24,354 nt of DNA from Acholeplasma sp. (GTDB taxonomy: Bacteria; Bacillota_I; Bacilli_A; Acholeplasmatales; UBA5453). The stretch is taken from the NCBI GenBank assembly GCA_036677365.1, contig JAVBWN010000011.1, positions 1 through 24,354 on the forward strand, given 5' to 3'. The translations under genes were made by a program, and so were the position numbers. The notes under the pieces are model-generated. The model saw nothing but the letters and a program-made list of their open reading frames with translations. It was not told where the DNA came from and ran no database searches. Shown here piece by piece: positions 1-8,647 of the stretch (within the stretch, counting starts at the first letter, position 1; every line of letters starts with the position of its first letter).

Positions 1-39
1 CCATTTTCCGCCGTGATGGGAACTCGACTCTCAATATAA
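1..39 (+). CDS. Probable 3' end of a gene entering from the left edge (PFSAVMGTRLSI*)
   Basis: Open frame 1 ends in TAA at 37-39, immediately before a hairpin with a T-run on +. Too short to identify. Confidence 0.4.
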   Translation, partial: PFSAVMGTRLSI

Positions 40-42
40 AAC

Positions 43-80
43 AAGCGCTACATCCAGTAAATTTGGACTGTAGCGCTTTT
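43..80. terminator. Probable intrinsic terminator, possibly bidirectional
   Basis: Inverted repeat AAGCGCTACA-TCCA...TGGA-C-TGTAGCGCTT with flanking A/T runs, between apparently convergent genes. Confidence 0.75.
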
Positions 81-117
81 AATATACCTTTATGGTGTAG
101 ATATTTGACCTATACGA

Positions 118-807
118 TTATTCTATCGCCGAATCTGGGTAAATCTTCGCGAAATATGCAAGTAGCACAATCAATACTACAACCCCTGTAATTGAACGCA
201 CGTGTAAAGCCAGTGATAAGGTGTCATATCTTAGGAGGTTATCGATGTAATTCAGTGGTACCATCAGATACTTGATAACAAATAATAACGCTGCTAGTTT
301 TCTAGACCCTACCAATAGCGCAATGATGATCAGCAATAAGCTGTTGATGGAAGCAATCATGTTGTTGAATATAAAGATGTGTATGAAGCCAACAGATAAG
401 AAGAATAAATCCACATTTCTTAGTTTTGGTTTAAGTGTCATACCTGACAATAAAATCGATAAAATCATGGCTAATAAAAATATCCCAATCCAGAAATGGA
501 TGAATATTTGGAAAGTAAATGTAAAACGACCACCGATCAGTTGCAATACTGCATCTGTAAAATTAGAAATGCTGCTTGGATAAAAAATCATCAGTAATAT
601 CGTGAAAGACAATAGTGAATATCCTTTGAATTGAGCATAGATGGCTACCAAACCAAACAATAACAACGGTAGAAACTGCGCAAAATAGTCAAATAAGCGA
701 TTTTGTCCACTGAATGAGGTAATTAAACCTGCCAAGGCTAAAACTGCGACAATGACGATTTTCGAACCATCATTCAACATTACATTTAAATTTTTTAAAG
801 TTTTCAT
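118..807 (-). CDS. Hypothetical multi-pass membrane protein
   Basis: 229-aa ORF with about 7-8 hydrophobic segments and a GAGGT SD upstream of ATG. No family recognised. Confidence 0.8.
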   Translation of the reverse strand: MKTLKNLNVMLNDGSKIVIVAVLALAGLITSFSGQNRLFDYFAQFLPLLLFGLVAIYAQFKGYSLLSFTILLMIFYPSSISNFTDAVLQLIGGRFTFTFQIFIHFWIGIFLLAMILSILLSGMTLKPKLRNVDLFFLSVGFIHIFIFNNMIASINSLLLIIIALLVGSRKLAALLFVIKYLMVPLNYIDNLLRYDTLSLALHVRSITGVVVLIVLLAYFAKIYPDSAIE

Positions 808-860
808 TTGATTTACCTCGATAAACTCATTTTATGTGTTTTTTTTATATTTGTAAAGCG

Positions 861-1787
861 TTAACTGATCTGTTCAATTTCATGGTATCTGACCTTAGCC
901 ATCAAGAACGCTTCTAGGTCGAATAAGATATGGAATAAAATCGCCCTTTCCTCAAACTCTTGGCGATTCTTTGGTAAAGGTTTCTCTTTATAGGACGCAC
1001 GCATTTGGTCTAATTGTACAAGCAGTAAGGAAGCCATGTTGGCTTTACCTATGCGTGGCACGATGTCTTGTAGAAATTTCACGATGTCCTGTTTATATTC
1101 AGTCACGACCACACGTTTTAAGTCCATTTCGATTTTTTGAATGTAGCTGACCTGTTCTTTTCGCATGGTAACATAAGATATATTTAAATCTCTTTTAGGC
1201 ATCAACCGATTCAACGATTCGACCCGTATGGTATGAATGGCATTTTCTATCATGCCCATGATTGGACCATAGTTGGCACATTCACATTCTGCCACAGATT
1301 TAACCAGTTCTCTCAGCGCTTCATCGATGAGTACAATTTCTTTTTCAATGGCTTTAGATTTATTCGGCATAAATAGGTTGAGAATGACCGCAATCACAAC
1401 ACCAATTAAAAGGATGGCAAGTGCATTGATTCCATATTTCCAATCGCCTTGTGCGAGAATATGAGACATCAAAACAGATGAAACAACAATACCTTCCTCG
1501 ATTTTAAATATGAAGGCCAGGGGGATGAAGAGTAAAAGCGACAAGATGAATACGGGTAATGTATAACCAAGTATAAGCATCAATCCCACGGTAATCATTA
1601 ATCCTATCACTGAAGCGATGATTCGTTTGACCCCCACACGAATGGATTGTTGTTTGGTAGGTTGAATGGACAAAATAACAATGATGCCCGCAGTCACGCT
1701 GTATTCAAGTGTAAGCCAATCCGATAATAAAGTCGCGATCAATGCGCCAATAACCATTTTAAGGGCTTGGAAAATCCAGGGTTTCAT
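861..1787 (-). CDS. Aromatic acid exporter family protein (ArAE_1/DUF939, YqjA-like)
   Basis: N-terminal TM domain with TAGIIVILSIQPTK..S and EGIVVSSVL..H. C-terminal helical domain with PLPKNRQEFEERAILF. AGGAG SD. Confidence 0.85.
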   Translation of the reverse strand: MKPWIFQALKMVIGALIATLLSDWLTLEYSVTAGIIVILSIQPTKQQSIRVGVKRIIASVIGLMITVGLMLILGYTLPVFILSLLLFIPLAFIFKIEEGIVVSSVLMSHILAQGDWKYGINALAILLIGVVIAVILNLFMPNKSKAIEKEIVLIDEALRELVKSVAECECANYGPIMGMIENAIHTIRVESLNRLMPKRDLNISYVTMRKEQVSYIQKIEMDLKRVVVTEYKQDIVKFLQDIVPRIGKANMASLLLVQLDQMRASYKEKPLPKNRQEFEERAILFHILFDLEAFLMAKVRYHEIEQIS

Positions 1788-1865
1788 AACATCAACTCCT
1801 ATTCTAATTATAGCCTATATAAATATATAATGCGCTACAATACGCGATAAAAAGAAAAACCAGCG

Positions 1866-2405
1866 TCATTTACTGGTTTGTCTGAGTTGTTTAAAGGTTT
1901 CAAATGAGGATTCAATGAAAGCATCATCAAAAGGTTTAATCCGATGTTGTATCATGTGAATCAATGTGTTCATTTCTTTTTCTAAAATGGTTTTAATTTC
2001 AATGGGGTAACGATATTTGAGTTGGTGTTTTTGATATTCATCTTCATCCAAAATTTTAAATGTGCCATCGCGAGAGACACGAATGTCTAGGTCGTAGTCG
2101 ATATATTTGACCGCTTCGCCATCAAATAAATAAGGACTGGATAAATTACAGTAATAATAGATACCATCCGGTTTAATCATACCAATGACATTGAACCATT
2201 GTTTCTTAAAAAAATAACAAATCGCAGGTTCTTTCGTCATCCAATTTCTGCCATCGGCTTCGATGACTCTGGTTTTATAGTTACCTAAAACAAGACAATC
2301 CTCCGTTTGATTGATCACGGTAGCGCTGCGCCAAATTCGATGTAAAGCTTTATTATGCTTATAACTGTGAATTTGGACAGTGTCACCAACAATGAGTGGT
2401 TTCAT
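1866..2405 (-). CDS. DUF402 family protein (YgaC/Ntdp-like nucleoside di/triphosphate phosphatase)
   Basis: Motifs IHSYKHN..LHR.W, EPAICYF, YYCNLSSP and YIDYDLD...LDEDEY. GGAGG SD. Confidence 0.88.
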   Translation of the reverse strand: MKPLIVGDTVQIHSYKHNKALHRIWRSATVINQTEDCLVLGNYKTRVIEADGRNWMTKEPAICYFFKKQWFNVIGMIKPDGIYYYCNLSSPYLFDGEAVKYIDYDLDIRVSRDGTFKILDEDEYQKHQLKYRYPIEIKTILEKEMNTLIHMIQHRIKPFDDAFIESSFETFKQLRQTSK

Positions 2406-2429
2406 AGAAACACCTCCCTAATTGAAATT

Positions 2430-2438
2430 ATTATATCA
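2430..2438 (-). promoter_or_regulatory. Extended -10 promoter for the DUF402 gene
   Basis: TGaTATAAT on the minus strand about 25 nt upstream of the start codon. Confidence 0.65.
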
Positions 2439-2491
2439 TGAGAACACAGGAGATAACATATTTTCAACTTAACAAAATCAAAAAATCCAAT

Positions 2492-2794
2492 TTACTTACA
2501 TGAACAATTGGTGATGTGATTTTGTTTGGTAGACTCTAATTGAAATGCAAAGTGTCGAATCGTTTTCAACACGTCATGATTCAATTCATAAAAAACCCAT
2601 TTACCTTGTTTTGTAGAATCAACCAATCCACTACTGACTAAAATCTTCATGTGAAAAGAAAGGGTAGGTTGGGTAATTTGAAATTGTTCTAACAGTTTAC
2701 ACGCACAAACCGAACCATGTGCCAATGTATCTACAATTTGAATTCGAATAGGATCGCCTAAAGCTTTGAATATTTGATCGATGGCATAAGTCAT
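2492..2794 (-). CDS. ArsR/SmtB family metalloregulator
   Basis: FKALGDP.RI.I, VCAC.L, ITQPTLSFHMKIL..SGLV and GKWVFY winged-HTH pattern. Start moved to ATG 2794, which follows a GAGGTG SD; TATAAT at 2821-2826. Confidence 0.9.
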   Translation of the reverse strand: MTYAIDQIFKALGDPIRIQIVDTLAHGSVCACKLLEQFQITQPTLSFHMKILVSSGLVDSTKQGKWVFYELNHDVLKTIRHFAFQLESTKQNHITNCSCK

Positions 2795-2950
2795 AAATAA
2801 CACCTCATTGTAACAACTCTATTATAACGTAAAGCCTACAATTCGTGAATGTAAATCGAAAAACGGGTTTTTATCTCTCGATTATTCGATATTTTTATAT
2901 GCATATTTTAAATGTATTACACTCATATATTATGTCTTTCATAATGTGAA

Positions 2951-2980
2951 AAAACAAAAAAACGGCTATATTTAGCCGTT
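2951..2980 (-). terminator. Intrinsic terminator after tRNA-Leu
   Basis: Minus strand AACGGCTA-AATA-TAGCCGTT followed by TTTTTGTTTT. Confidence 0.85.
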
Positions 2981-2990
2981 AATTAGTTAA

Positions 2991-3076
2991 TGGTGCGGAC
3001 AATGAGATTTGAACTCACACAGCCTTTAAGCCACATGCCCCTCAAACATGCGCGTCTACCGTTCCGCCATATCCGC
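2991..3076 (-). tRNA. tRNA-Leu(GAG)
   Basis: Acceptor stem GCGGATA/TGTCCGC plus A-CCA. D arm TGGCGGAACGGTAGACGC. Anticodon arm CATGT-TTGAGGG-GCATG. Long variable arm and GTTCAAATC T loop. 86 nt. Confidence 0.96.
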
Positions 3077-3077
3077 A

Positions 3078-3106
3078 AATTAAAGGGTATAAATTAAATT
3101 ATACCC
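3078..3106 (-). terminator. Probable fakA terminator overlapping a -10 box for the tRNA
   Basis: Minus strand GGGTATAA-tttaat-TTATACCC-TTTAATT. TATAAT lies at 3098-3103. Confidence 0.55.
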
Positions 3107-3117
3107 ATATTGACTCG

Positions 3118-4800
3118 TTATTCAACTGCAACAATGTAAGCGTAGATATCTTGTTTTCCGTTGATGACTTCGATTTCAAGGTCTTCATTCAAGGATTGAA
3201 TATACTTCTTGACTTCTTTGATTTCATCTTCAGATACATCTTTACCATAGAATAAAGTTACAATTTCTGAGGTTTCTTTAATGATTTGGTCGAGTAATCC
3301 ATGAATCGCTTCTACACGATCTGGTAAAGATACCACAATCTTGCCTTTAGTGATTCCGATGAAATCACCTTTCGCAATCTTAACACCGTTCATTTCGGTG
3401 TCTCTGACTGAGTAAGTGAGTTCGCCAGTGGTCATGTTAGCAATGATTTCTGACATCGCTTCGACGTTATCGTCCATTTCTTGGGTGTTATCGAATACCA
3501 TCAATGACGCATAACCTTGACCGATGCTCTTTGTCTTTAGGACACGGATATTTTGGTCTTCACATAGTGCTAAGGTTTGTTCAGCGGATAAGATAACGTT
3601 TGAGTTGTTAGGTAAAATGATGACATTTTCAGCATTAACTGCTTTAACTGCTTTGATGAACTCTTCGGTTGGTGGATTCATGGTTTGTCCACCGTCGATG
3701 ATGTAATCAACACCGAGTTCTTTAAAGGCTTGTTTGATGCCATCGCCAAAGCATACAGAGATGATACCATATTTGGATCTGGTTTCTTTGACTGCTTGGA
3801 AGTTTGTTTCTTCTTTATGGTCGTGCTTATGGTCATGTTCATGGATACTTTCAACCACAGCCCCATGTTGAAGTCTCATATTTTCGACTTTCATGGTTTG
3901 TAGGTCACCATATTTTTGACCTAAAGTGATGGCTACACCTGGTTGATTGGTATGAACGTGTACTTTTACCAATTCTTCATCTTGAACTAAGACTAAGGAA
4001 TCACCCATTTGTAATAAGGTGTTTCTTAAGACTTCTTGATCAAAGTCGTTTTGGTTGTGTAATTTTACGATGAATTCTGTGCAATAACCGAATTCAATGT
4101 TGAAGTCTTCAATGTTTTGGCCTTTGAATCCTTCTTCATGTTGAAGTTCAGCTTGGGTTTCTTGTTGTAAAGTCAGTGTTTGACCTTGTGTTGCCAACAA
4201 CATACCTTCAATAATCTTAATAAAACCTGCACCACCAGAGTCTACAACCCCCGCTTGTTTCAATACAGGTAAAAGTTCAGGTGTTCTGTCTAGAGACACT
4301 CTGGCTTGTTTTAAATAGCAATTTAAGACGTCTTCAACAGACTTCAATGACTTTCTTTCTCTTAATACGTGTTCAGCCGCTTCTCTAACGACCGTTAAGA
4401 TGGTACCTTCTACTGGTGTCATTACTGCGCGGTAAGCCATTTGATAGCCGCCAACCAATGCTGCAATGAATTCATCTACGGTTGCTGAACCATTCTTGAT
4501 TTTCGCAATTTCTGAGTATACGCCGCGGAAAAATTGGGATAAGATAACGCCTGAGTTGCCTCTTGCGCCCATCAATAACCCACGGGATAAAATTTTGGAC
4601 ACGTCCACGATGGATTTAGAATCTAAGCTGGATACTTCTTTAATGCCAGCCATCATTGTCATTTGCATGTTCGTGCCTGTATCGCCATCCGGTACCGGAA
4701 ATACGTTTAAGTGGTTAATTTCTTGGTGGTTGTTCTTTAGGTTAATCGCCCCGTTGGTCACCATTTTTTTAAACAGTGATCCACTGATTGTGTTTGCCAT
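3118..4800 (-). CDS. fakA: DAK2 domain protein / fatty acid kinase catalytic subunit (YloV/FakA)
   Basis: LNVFPVPDGDTGTNM, GARGNSGVILSQ, EGTILTV, VDSGG.G, YCTEF, KVHVHT, GGQTMNP and ILPNN motifs. Divergent from rpmB, as in Bacillota. Confidence 0.92.
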   Translation of the reverse strand: MANTISGSLFKKMVTNGAINLKNNHQEINHLNVFPVPDGDTGTNMQMTMMAGIKEVSSLDSKSIVDVSKILSRGLLMGARGNSGVILSQFFRGVYSEIAKIKNGSATVDEFIAALVGGYQMAYRAVMTPVEGTILTVVREAAEHVLRERKSLKSVEDVLNCYLKQARVSLDRTPELLPVLKQAGVVDSGGAGFIKIIEGMLLATQGQTLTLQQETQAELQHEEGFKGQNIEDFNIEFGYCTEFIVKLHNQNDFDQEVLRNTLLQMGDSLVLVQDEELVKVHVHTNQPGVAITLGQKYGDLQTMKVENMRLQHGAVVESIHEHDHKHDHKEETNFQAVKETRSKYGIISVCFGDGIKQAFKELGVDYIIDGGQTMNPPTEEFIKAVKAVNAENVIILPNNSNVILSAEQTLALCEDQNIRVLKTKSIGQGYASLMVFDNTQEMDDNVEAMSEIIANMTTGELTYSVRDTEMNGVKIAKGDFIGITKGKIVVSLPDRVEAIHGLLDQIIKETSEIVTLFYGKDVSEDEIKEVKKYIQSLNEDLEIEVINGKQDIYAYIVAVE

Positions 4801-4948
4801 TTTAATCCTCCTGATAATTAAACTGACTTGGTATTTAATTTTCGATATATTAAGGTCTCAAAGAGATAGAGTCAAATTAATGTGTTTTTTAGGCTTTTTT
4901 AGTATAGCATGTTTACTTTGAAGATGCAAGTATACAAGATACAACGCT

Positions 4949-4957
4949 ATTATATCA
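4949..4957 (-). promoter_or_regulatory. Candidate extended -10 promoter for fakA
   Basis: TGaTATAAT on the minus strand about 150 nt upstream of the start codon. Confidence 0.5.
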
Positions 4958-5082
4958 CAACTGAATTAAAAATAAACCCCCTTTGTATTGTACGAAATTA
5001 TTACTTTTCACTAGACAAAAGAAAATAATCCTATATAATAATATAAGTAGTCATAATTACGCACGAAATAGGCTGAAACCAG

Positions 5083-5111
5083 TTGCTTTTTATTTTTGAG
5101 TATGGTATAGT
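5083..5111 (+). promoter_or_regulatory. SigA-type promoter of rpmB
   Basis: TTGCTT-17nt-TATAGT with a TGn extension. AAGGAG SD downstream. Confidence 0.75.
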
Positions 5112-5140
5112 TTTAATGCGCGAAGTAAAGGAGTGAAACT

Positions 5141-5329
5141 ATGGCAAAATGTTATGTAACAGGTAAGGGTACGACTTTTGGTAATACAAGAAGCCACGCC
5201 TTAAATGCGACAAGACGCACATGGAAAGTTAATCTACAAACTGTCAGAATCATAGATGAAGATGGTAATGTTAAGAAGGTTAAAGTTTCTGCGCGTGCAC
5301 TTAAAAAAGGTACACTTACAAGAGCTTAA
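5141..5329 (+). CDS. rpmB: 50S ribosomal protein L28
   Basis: MAKCYVTGK...[21 protein letters not shown]..., 62 aa, strong SD. Confidence 0.97.
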   Translation: MAKCYVTGKGTTFGNTRSHALNATRRTWKVNLQTVRIIDEDGNVKKVKVSARALKKGTLTRA

Positions 5330-5360
5330 AAAAAATAAGGCCGAACGCCTTTTTTTTTTA
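5328..5360. terminator. Bidirectional terminator between rpmB and thiN
   Basis: A-run, then AAGGC-cgaac-GCCTT, then a long T-run, between convergent genes. Confidence 0.75.
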
Positions 5361-5957
5361 TTTTTCCGTAGATTGGAATACAATGACTTTACCTTCATGA
5401 ACGATCAGGGTTGCAACCCCATCGATTTCATTGGATAGTCCGAGTGGATCAAATTGTTTTAACGCATATTTATTTAATGGGTATTTGACTTGGGTGAGTG
5501 TGATTATGCTGTTTTCAACAGGGAAAACAGACAGATAATCATACCCTTTTTTTTCGATTGAATGGATGCCTTGTTCTTTAATATAGATGAGGTTGTGTGC
5601 ATCTAAGATCATTAAGGATGGGTATTTGACCAACAACATTAAGTTCGCAATAAAATGGTCTTTTCTAGGCCCGGAAGTACCGCCGATGAGGATGACATCA
5701 TTTGACATCTGAAACGCGATTTCAAGCGCTTTGGCAGTGTCAGAATCGTCTTTAATGGGATTTAATCGAATGACTTCCCCGTGGAGTAAATCTGGATTTT
5801 TTAATGAGTCAAAATCCCCCACAGCGAGTTGGTATTCAATGCCTTGTTCTAACAGTGCTTCTACAGCCGCATCTACAGCAATCACATAATAATTTGTTGG
5901 GTCTATGAGTGCACGTATGTTGGATGGTACTGTGGGACTGATTATGGCGATTTTCAT
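5358..5957 (-). CDS. thiN: Thiamine diphosphokinase
   Basis: IAVDAA, VGDFDS, KDDSDT, R.DH..AN, KYPL and GLSNE motifs. Overlaps the rpe stop (ATGA). Conserved rpe-thiN synteny. Confidence 0.92.
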   Translation of the reverse strand: MKIAIISPTVPSNIRALIDPTNYYVIAVDAAVEALLEQGIEYQLAVGDFDSLKNPDLLHGEVIRLNPIKDDSDTAKALEIAFQMSNDVILIGGTSGPRKDHFIANLMLLVKYPSLMILDAHNLIYIKEQGIHSIEKKGYDYLSVFPVENSIITLTQVKYPLNKYALKQFDPLGLSNEIDGVATLIVHEGKVIVFQSTEK

Positions 5958-6583
5958 CTCAATGACCCGATGACAGCGTCTCGGTTCTTTGAATTGAACA
6001 CATAAGAACCCACCACAGCGATATCGACACCAGCTGCTTTTGCAAGTTTTGCTGTTTCACCATTGATACCACCATCAATCTCTATCAAATAGTTATAGTT
6101 ATACGCAGTTCTCAATTTGACCAGGGCTTTGACTTTCTCTAATTGATCTTCCATAAACTTTTGTCCCCCAAACCCAGGTTCAACGGACATGATAAGGACC
6201 AAGTCAACTTGATCCAAATAAGGGTATAGGGTTTCTAGTTTAGTTTTAGGTTTTAAGGTAATCCCAGCCTTTATGCCCGAGGCTTTGATGCGATTAATCG
6301 ATTCTTGAACCTTATTGGCTTCAACATGGACAGTGATGAATGAAGACCCAATTTCAACAAATAAATCGATATAGTCTAATGGATTCGTGATCATTAAATG
6401 GGTATCTAAGGGGATGTTTGTGATTTTCTTAAGACCACCGAGGACATGCGGACCAAAAGAAATGTTGGGAACAAAGTGTCCGTCCATCACATCTAGGTGT
6501 AAGTAATCCGCTGTTTGAATGGTTTTGATCTCAGCTTCTAAACGGTTGAAGTCAGCAGTCAAAATAGAAGGTGCAATTAACAT
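5954..6583 (-). CDS. rpe: Ribulose-phosphate 3-epimerase
   Basis: IAPSIL.ADF, HLDVMDGHFVPN, D.HLM, MSVEPGFGGQ and IDGGIN motifs. Confidence 0.97.
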   Translation of the reverse strand: MLIAPSILTADFNRLEAEIKTIQTADYLHLDVMDGHFVPNISFGPHVLGGLKKITNIPLDTHLMITNPLDYIDLFVEIGSSFITVHVEANKVQESINRIKASGIKAGITLKPKTKLETLYPYLDQVDLVLIMSVEPGFGGQKFMEDQLEKVKALVKLRTAYNYNYLIEIDGGINGETAKLAKAAGVDIAVVGSYVFNSKNRDAVIGSLR

Positions 6584-7531
6584 TTAATATACCTCTTTTT
6601 TATTTTTTATTTCTTCATAATATTTTACATAATTTTGATAGCGAGACGGGAGTATATTTTCACTATTTTTGATGGCACATCCAGGCTCATGGATGTGGTT
6701 ACATTTGTTGCCAAATTTACAGTGGGCAGACAATGCTCTAAATTCAATAAAATAGTCTTTCAATTCACTGGCATCAAACATATCCAATTCAAGTTTTGAA
6801 AACCCTGGCGTGTCAGCAATCATGCCACCAGCATAGGCGTATAATTCAGTGTGTCTTGTGGTATGTTTTCCGCGTCCTAAAGCCTTAGATATCTCTTGGG
6901 TCTTAATGCCTAAATCTGGCATCAAAGCATTTAAAAATGTGGATTTTCCTGCCCCGGTTTGACCTGCAAGCACAGAAATCTTACCTTTAAAAATATCTTC
7001 TAAAGTGTCAAATCCAATCTTTTGTTTGGAGTTTACATAGTGAACATCGTAACCAATATGGGTATAATACAACAAATCTTTTTGAATATCTTTCAATGTT
7101 TTTTCATCCACCAAATCGATTTTCGAAACGATGATGATGGGTTGGATTTGGGCCTTTTCAATCAATATCAAAAACTGGTCCAACAAATTAAAGCTAAAGT
7201 CGGGTTTGATGGCTGCGTTTAGAATCAAAACCTGATCGACATTCGCGACATCAGGACGGTTGAGTTCATTCTGTCGTGGTTCAATCTTTTGAATGGGGTG
7301 GTTGATATCGGTGTCATCGTATTCAACAATATCCCCTACTTTAGGGCTGACTTGGACAATCTTCGTCTCCAGTTTGGTCTTTTTAGTATTCGATTTATTG
7401 AAGGATGAAGATTCATCGAGTTTTTGATAACGCAATTTACCACTGGCTTTGGCTTGAATGATGGTTTTTGATTCTAAATCGATGAGTTCATACAAACCAC
7501 CGATCAGCTTAATGATTTGACCCTTTCTCAA
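6584..7531 (-). CDS. rsgA: Small ribosomal subunit biogenesis GTPase RsgA/CpgA
   Basis: Circularly permuted GTPase order SKID ... GQTGAGKST ... GKHTTR ... DTPG. C-terminal CKF..CxHxxEPGC Zn finger. TTG start after GGAGG. Confidence 0.95.
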   Translation of the reverse strand: MRKGQIIKLIGGLYELIDLESKTIIQAKASGKLRYQKLDESSSFNKSNTKKTKLETKIVQVSPKVGDIVEYDDTDINHPIQKIEPRQNELNRPDVANVDQVLILNAAIKPDFSFNLLDQFLILIEKAQIQPIIIVSKIDLVDEKTLKDIQKDLLYYTHIGYDVHYVNSKQKIGFDTLEDIFKGKISVLAGQTGAGKSTFLNALMPDLGIKTQEISKALGRGKHTTRHTELYAYAGGMIADTPGFSKLELDMFDASELKDYFIEFRALSAHCKFGNKCNHIHEPGCAIKNSENILPSRYQNYVKYYEEIKNKKEVY

Positions 7532-7543
7532 AAGATACCTCCG

Positions 7544-8563
7544 TTATAGATTTTGACTTCTCAATTGACCACAAGCCGCATTGATGTCGTGGCCTTGTTC
7601 TTTTCTCAATGTCGCATTCATGCCACCTTTTTTCAAGACGTCGTAAAACGCTTCTTGATTTTCACGTTTAGAACGTTTGAATGGGGCTTCAATGACTTCA
7701 TTGTATGGGATTAAGTTGACATAAACATTGAGCCCTTTTAAGAGCTTCAATAGTTCATATGCGTGTTCTTTCTTATCGTTTAATTCATCTATCAATATAT
7801 ATTCAATCGTGATGCGACGGTTGGTTTTCGTCATGTAATAACGTATCGCATCGATCACTTGTTCAATGGGGTATGCTTTATTGATTGGCATCAATTGATT
7901 TCTAACTTCATTGTTGGGTGCGTGTAAAGAAATCGCGAGGTTGATTTGAAGTTGTTCATCGGCATACGCTTTGATTTTTGGTACGATGCCACAGGTCGAT
8001 ACTGTGATGTGTCTCGCCCCGATTTCCAATCCTTTAGGGGAGTTGGCGTTGGTTAAAAATGTCATCAAGTGTTCATAGTTATCGAATGGTTCACCAATAC
8101 CCATGACAACGACATAACTGATTCTTTGTCCATAGGCACGTTCAGACTCGATGATTTGACTCATGATTTCTCCTGCTGTCAAATTGCGTTTCTTTTTTAG
8201 AATACCCGATGCACAAAAACGGCAGCCCATGTTACAACCGACTTGTGAAGTCACGCATATGGAATAGCCATAATCGTGATTCATCACCACAGTTTCAATG
8301 AGGTTACCATCTTGTAAACCATATAAATACTTCACAGTACCATCGACGCTTTTGGATTCGATGACCTTTTCTAAGGTTTTAATCTCAAAATTCGCTTCCA
8401 ATAAGTCGATGACTTCTTGGCTTAAATTGGTCATTTCTTTAAAAGTGACCACTTTTTTCTTATATATCCAGTCGAATACTTGGGAGGCACGGAATTTCTT
8501 TTGTCCGTGGCTTTCCATAAACGACTCCAATGCTTCTAATCTTAAATCATAAATATTTGTCAT
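7544..8563 (-). CDS. rlmN: 23S rRNA m2A2503 / tRNA m2A37 radical-SAM methyltransferase RlmN
   Basis: SQVGCNMGCRFC, MGIGEP, SLHA and AACGQL motifs. Start moved to ATG 8563 after GGTGA; TATAAT at 8579-8584. Confidence 0.95.
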   Translation of the reverse strand: MTNIYDLRLEALESFMESHGQKKFRASQVFDWIYKKKVVTFKEMTNLSQEVIDLLEANFEIKTLEKVIESKSVDGTVKYLYGLQDGNLIETVVMNHDYGYSICVTSQVGCNMGCRFCASGILKKKRNLTAGEIMSQIIESERAYGQRISYVVVMGIGEPFDNYEHLMTFLTNANSPKGLEIGARHITVSTCGIVPKIKAYADEQLQINLAISLHAPNNEVRNQLMPINKAYPIEQVIDAIRYYMTKTNRRITIEYILIDELNDKKEHAYELLKLLKGLNVYVNLIPYNEVIEAPFKRSKRENQEAFYDVLKKGGMNATLRKEQGHDINAACGQLRSQNL

Positions 8564-8617
8564 TCTATCACCAAAGATATTATACACTAAAATGGCTTAT
8601 TTGCCTACCTTATGCTT

Positions 8618-8647
8618 GAAAAAGAAAAGAAGGCGGGTAGCCTTCTT
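8618..8647 (-). terminator. Intrinsic terminator after pheT
   Basis: Minus strand AAGAAGGC-taccc-GCCTTCTT-TTCTTTTT. Confidence 0.85.

Noticed and set aside
1..35. Possible riboswitch-like sequence on the minus strand (GTTCCCATCACGGCGG)
   Set aside because: Only loosely FMN-like and truncated. It is better explained as a plus-strand CDS end followed by a terminator.
2991..3076. tRNA-Leu as the attachment site of an integrated element
   Set aside because: No duplicate tRNA 3' end, integrase or foreign cargo is seen in the window.
7544..8563. Cfr-type resistance methyltransferase
   Set aside because: The housekeeping rsgA-rpe-thiN context and absence of mobile features point to RlmN.
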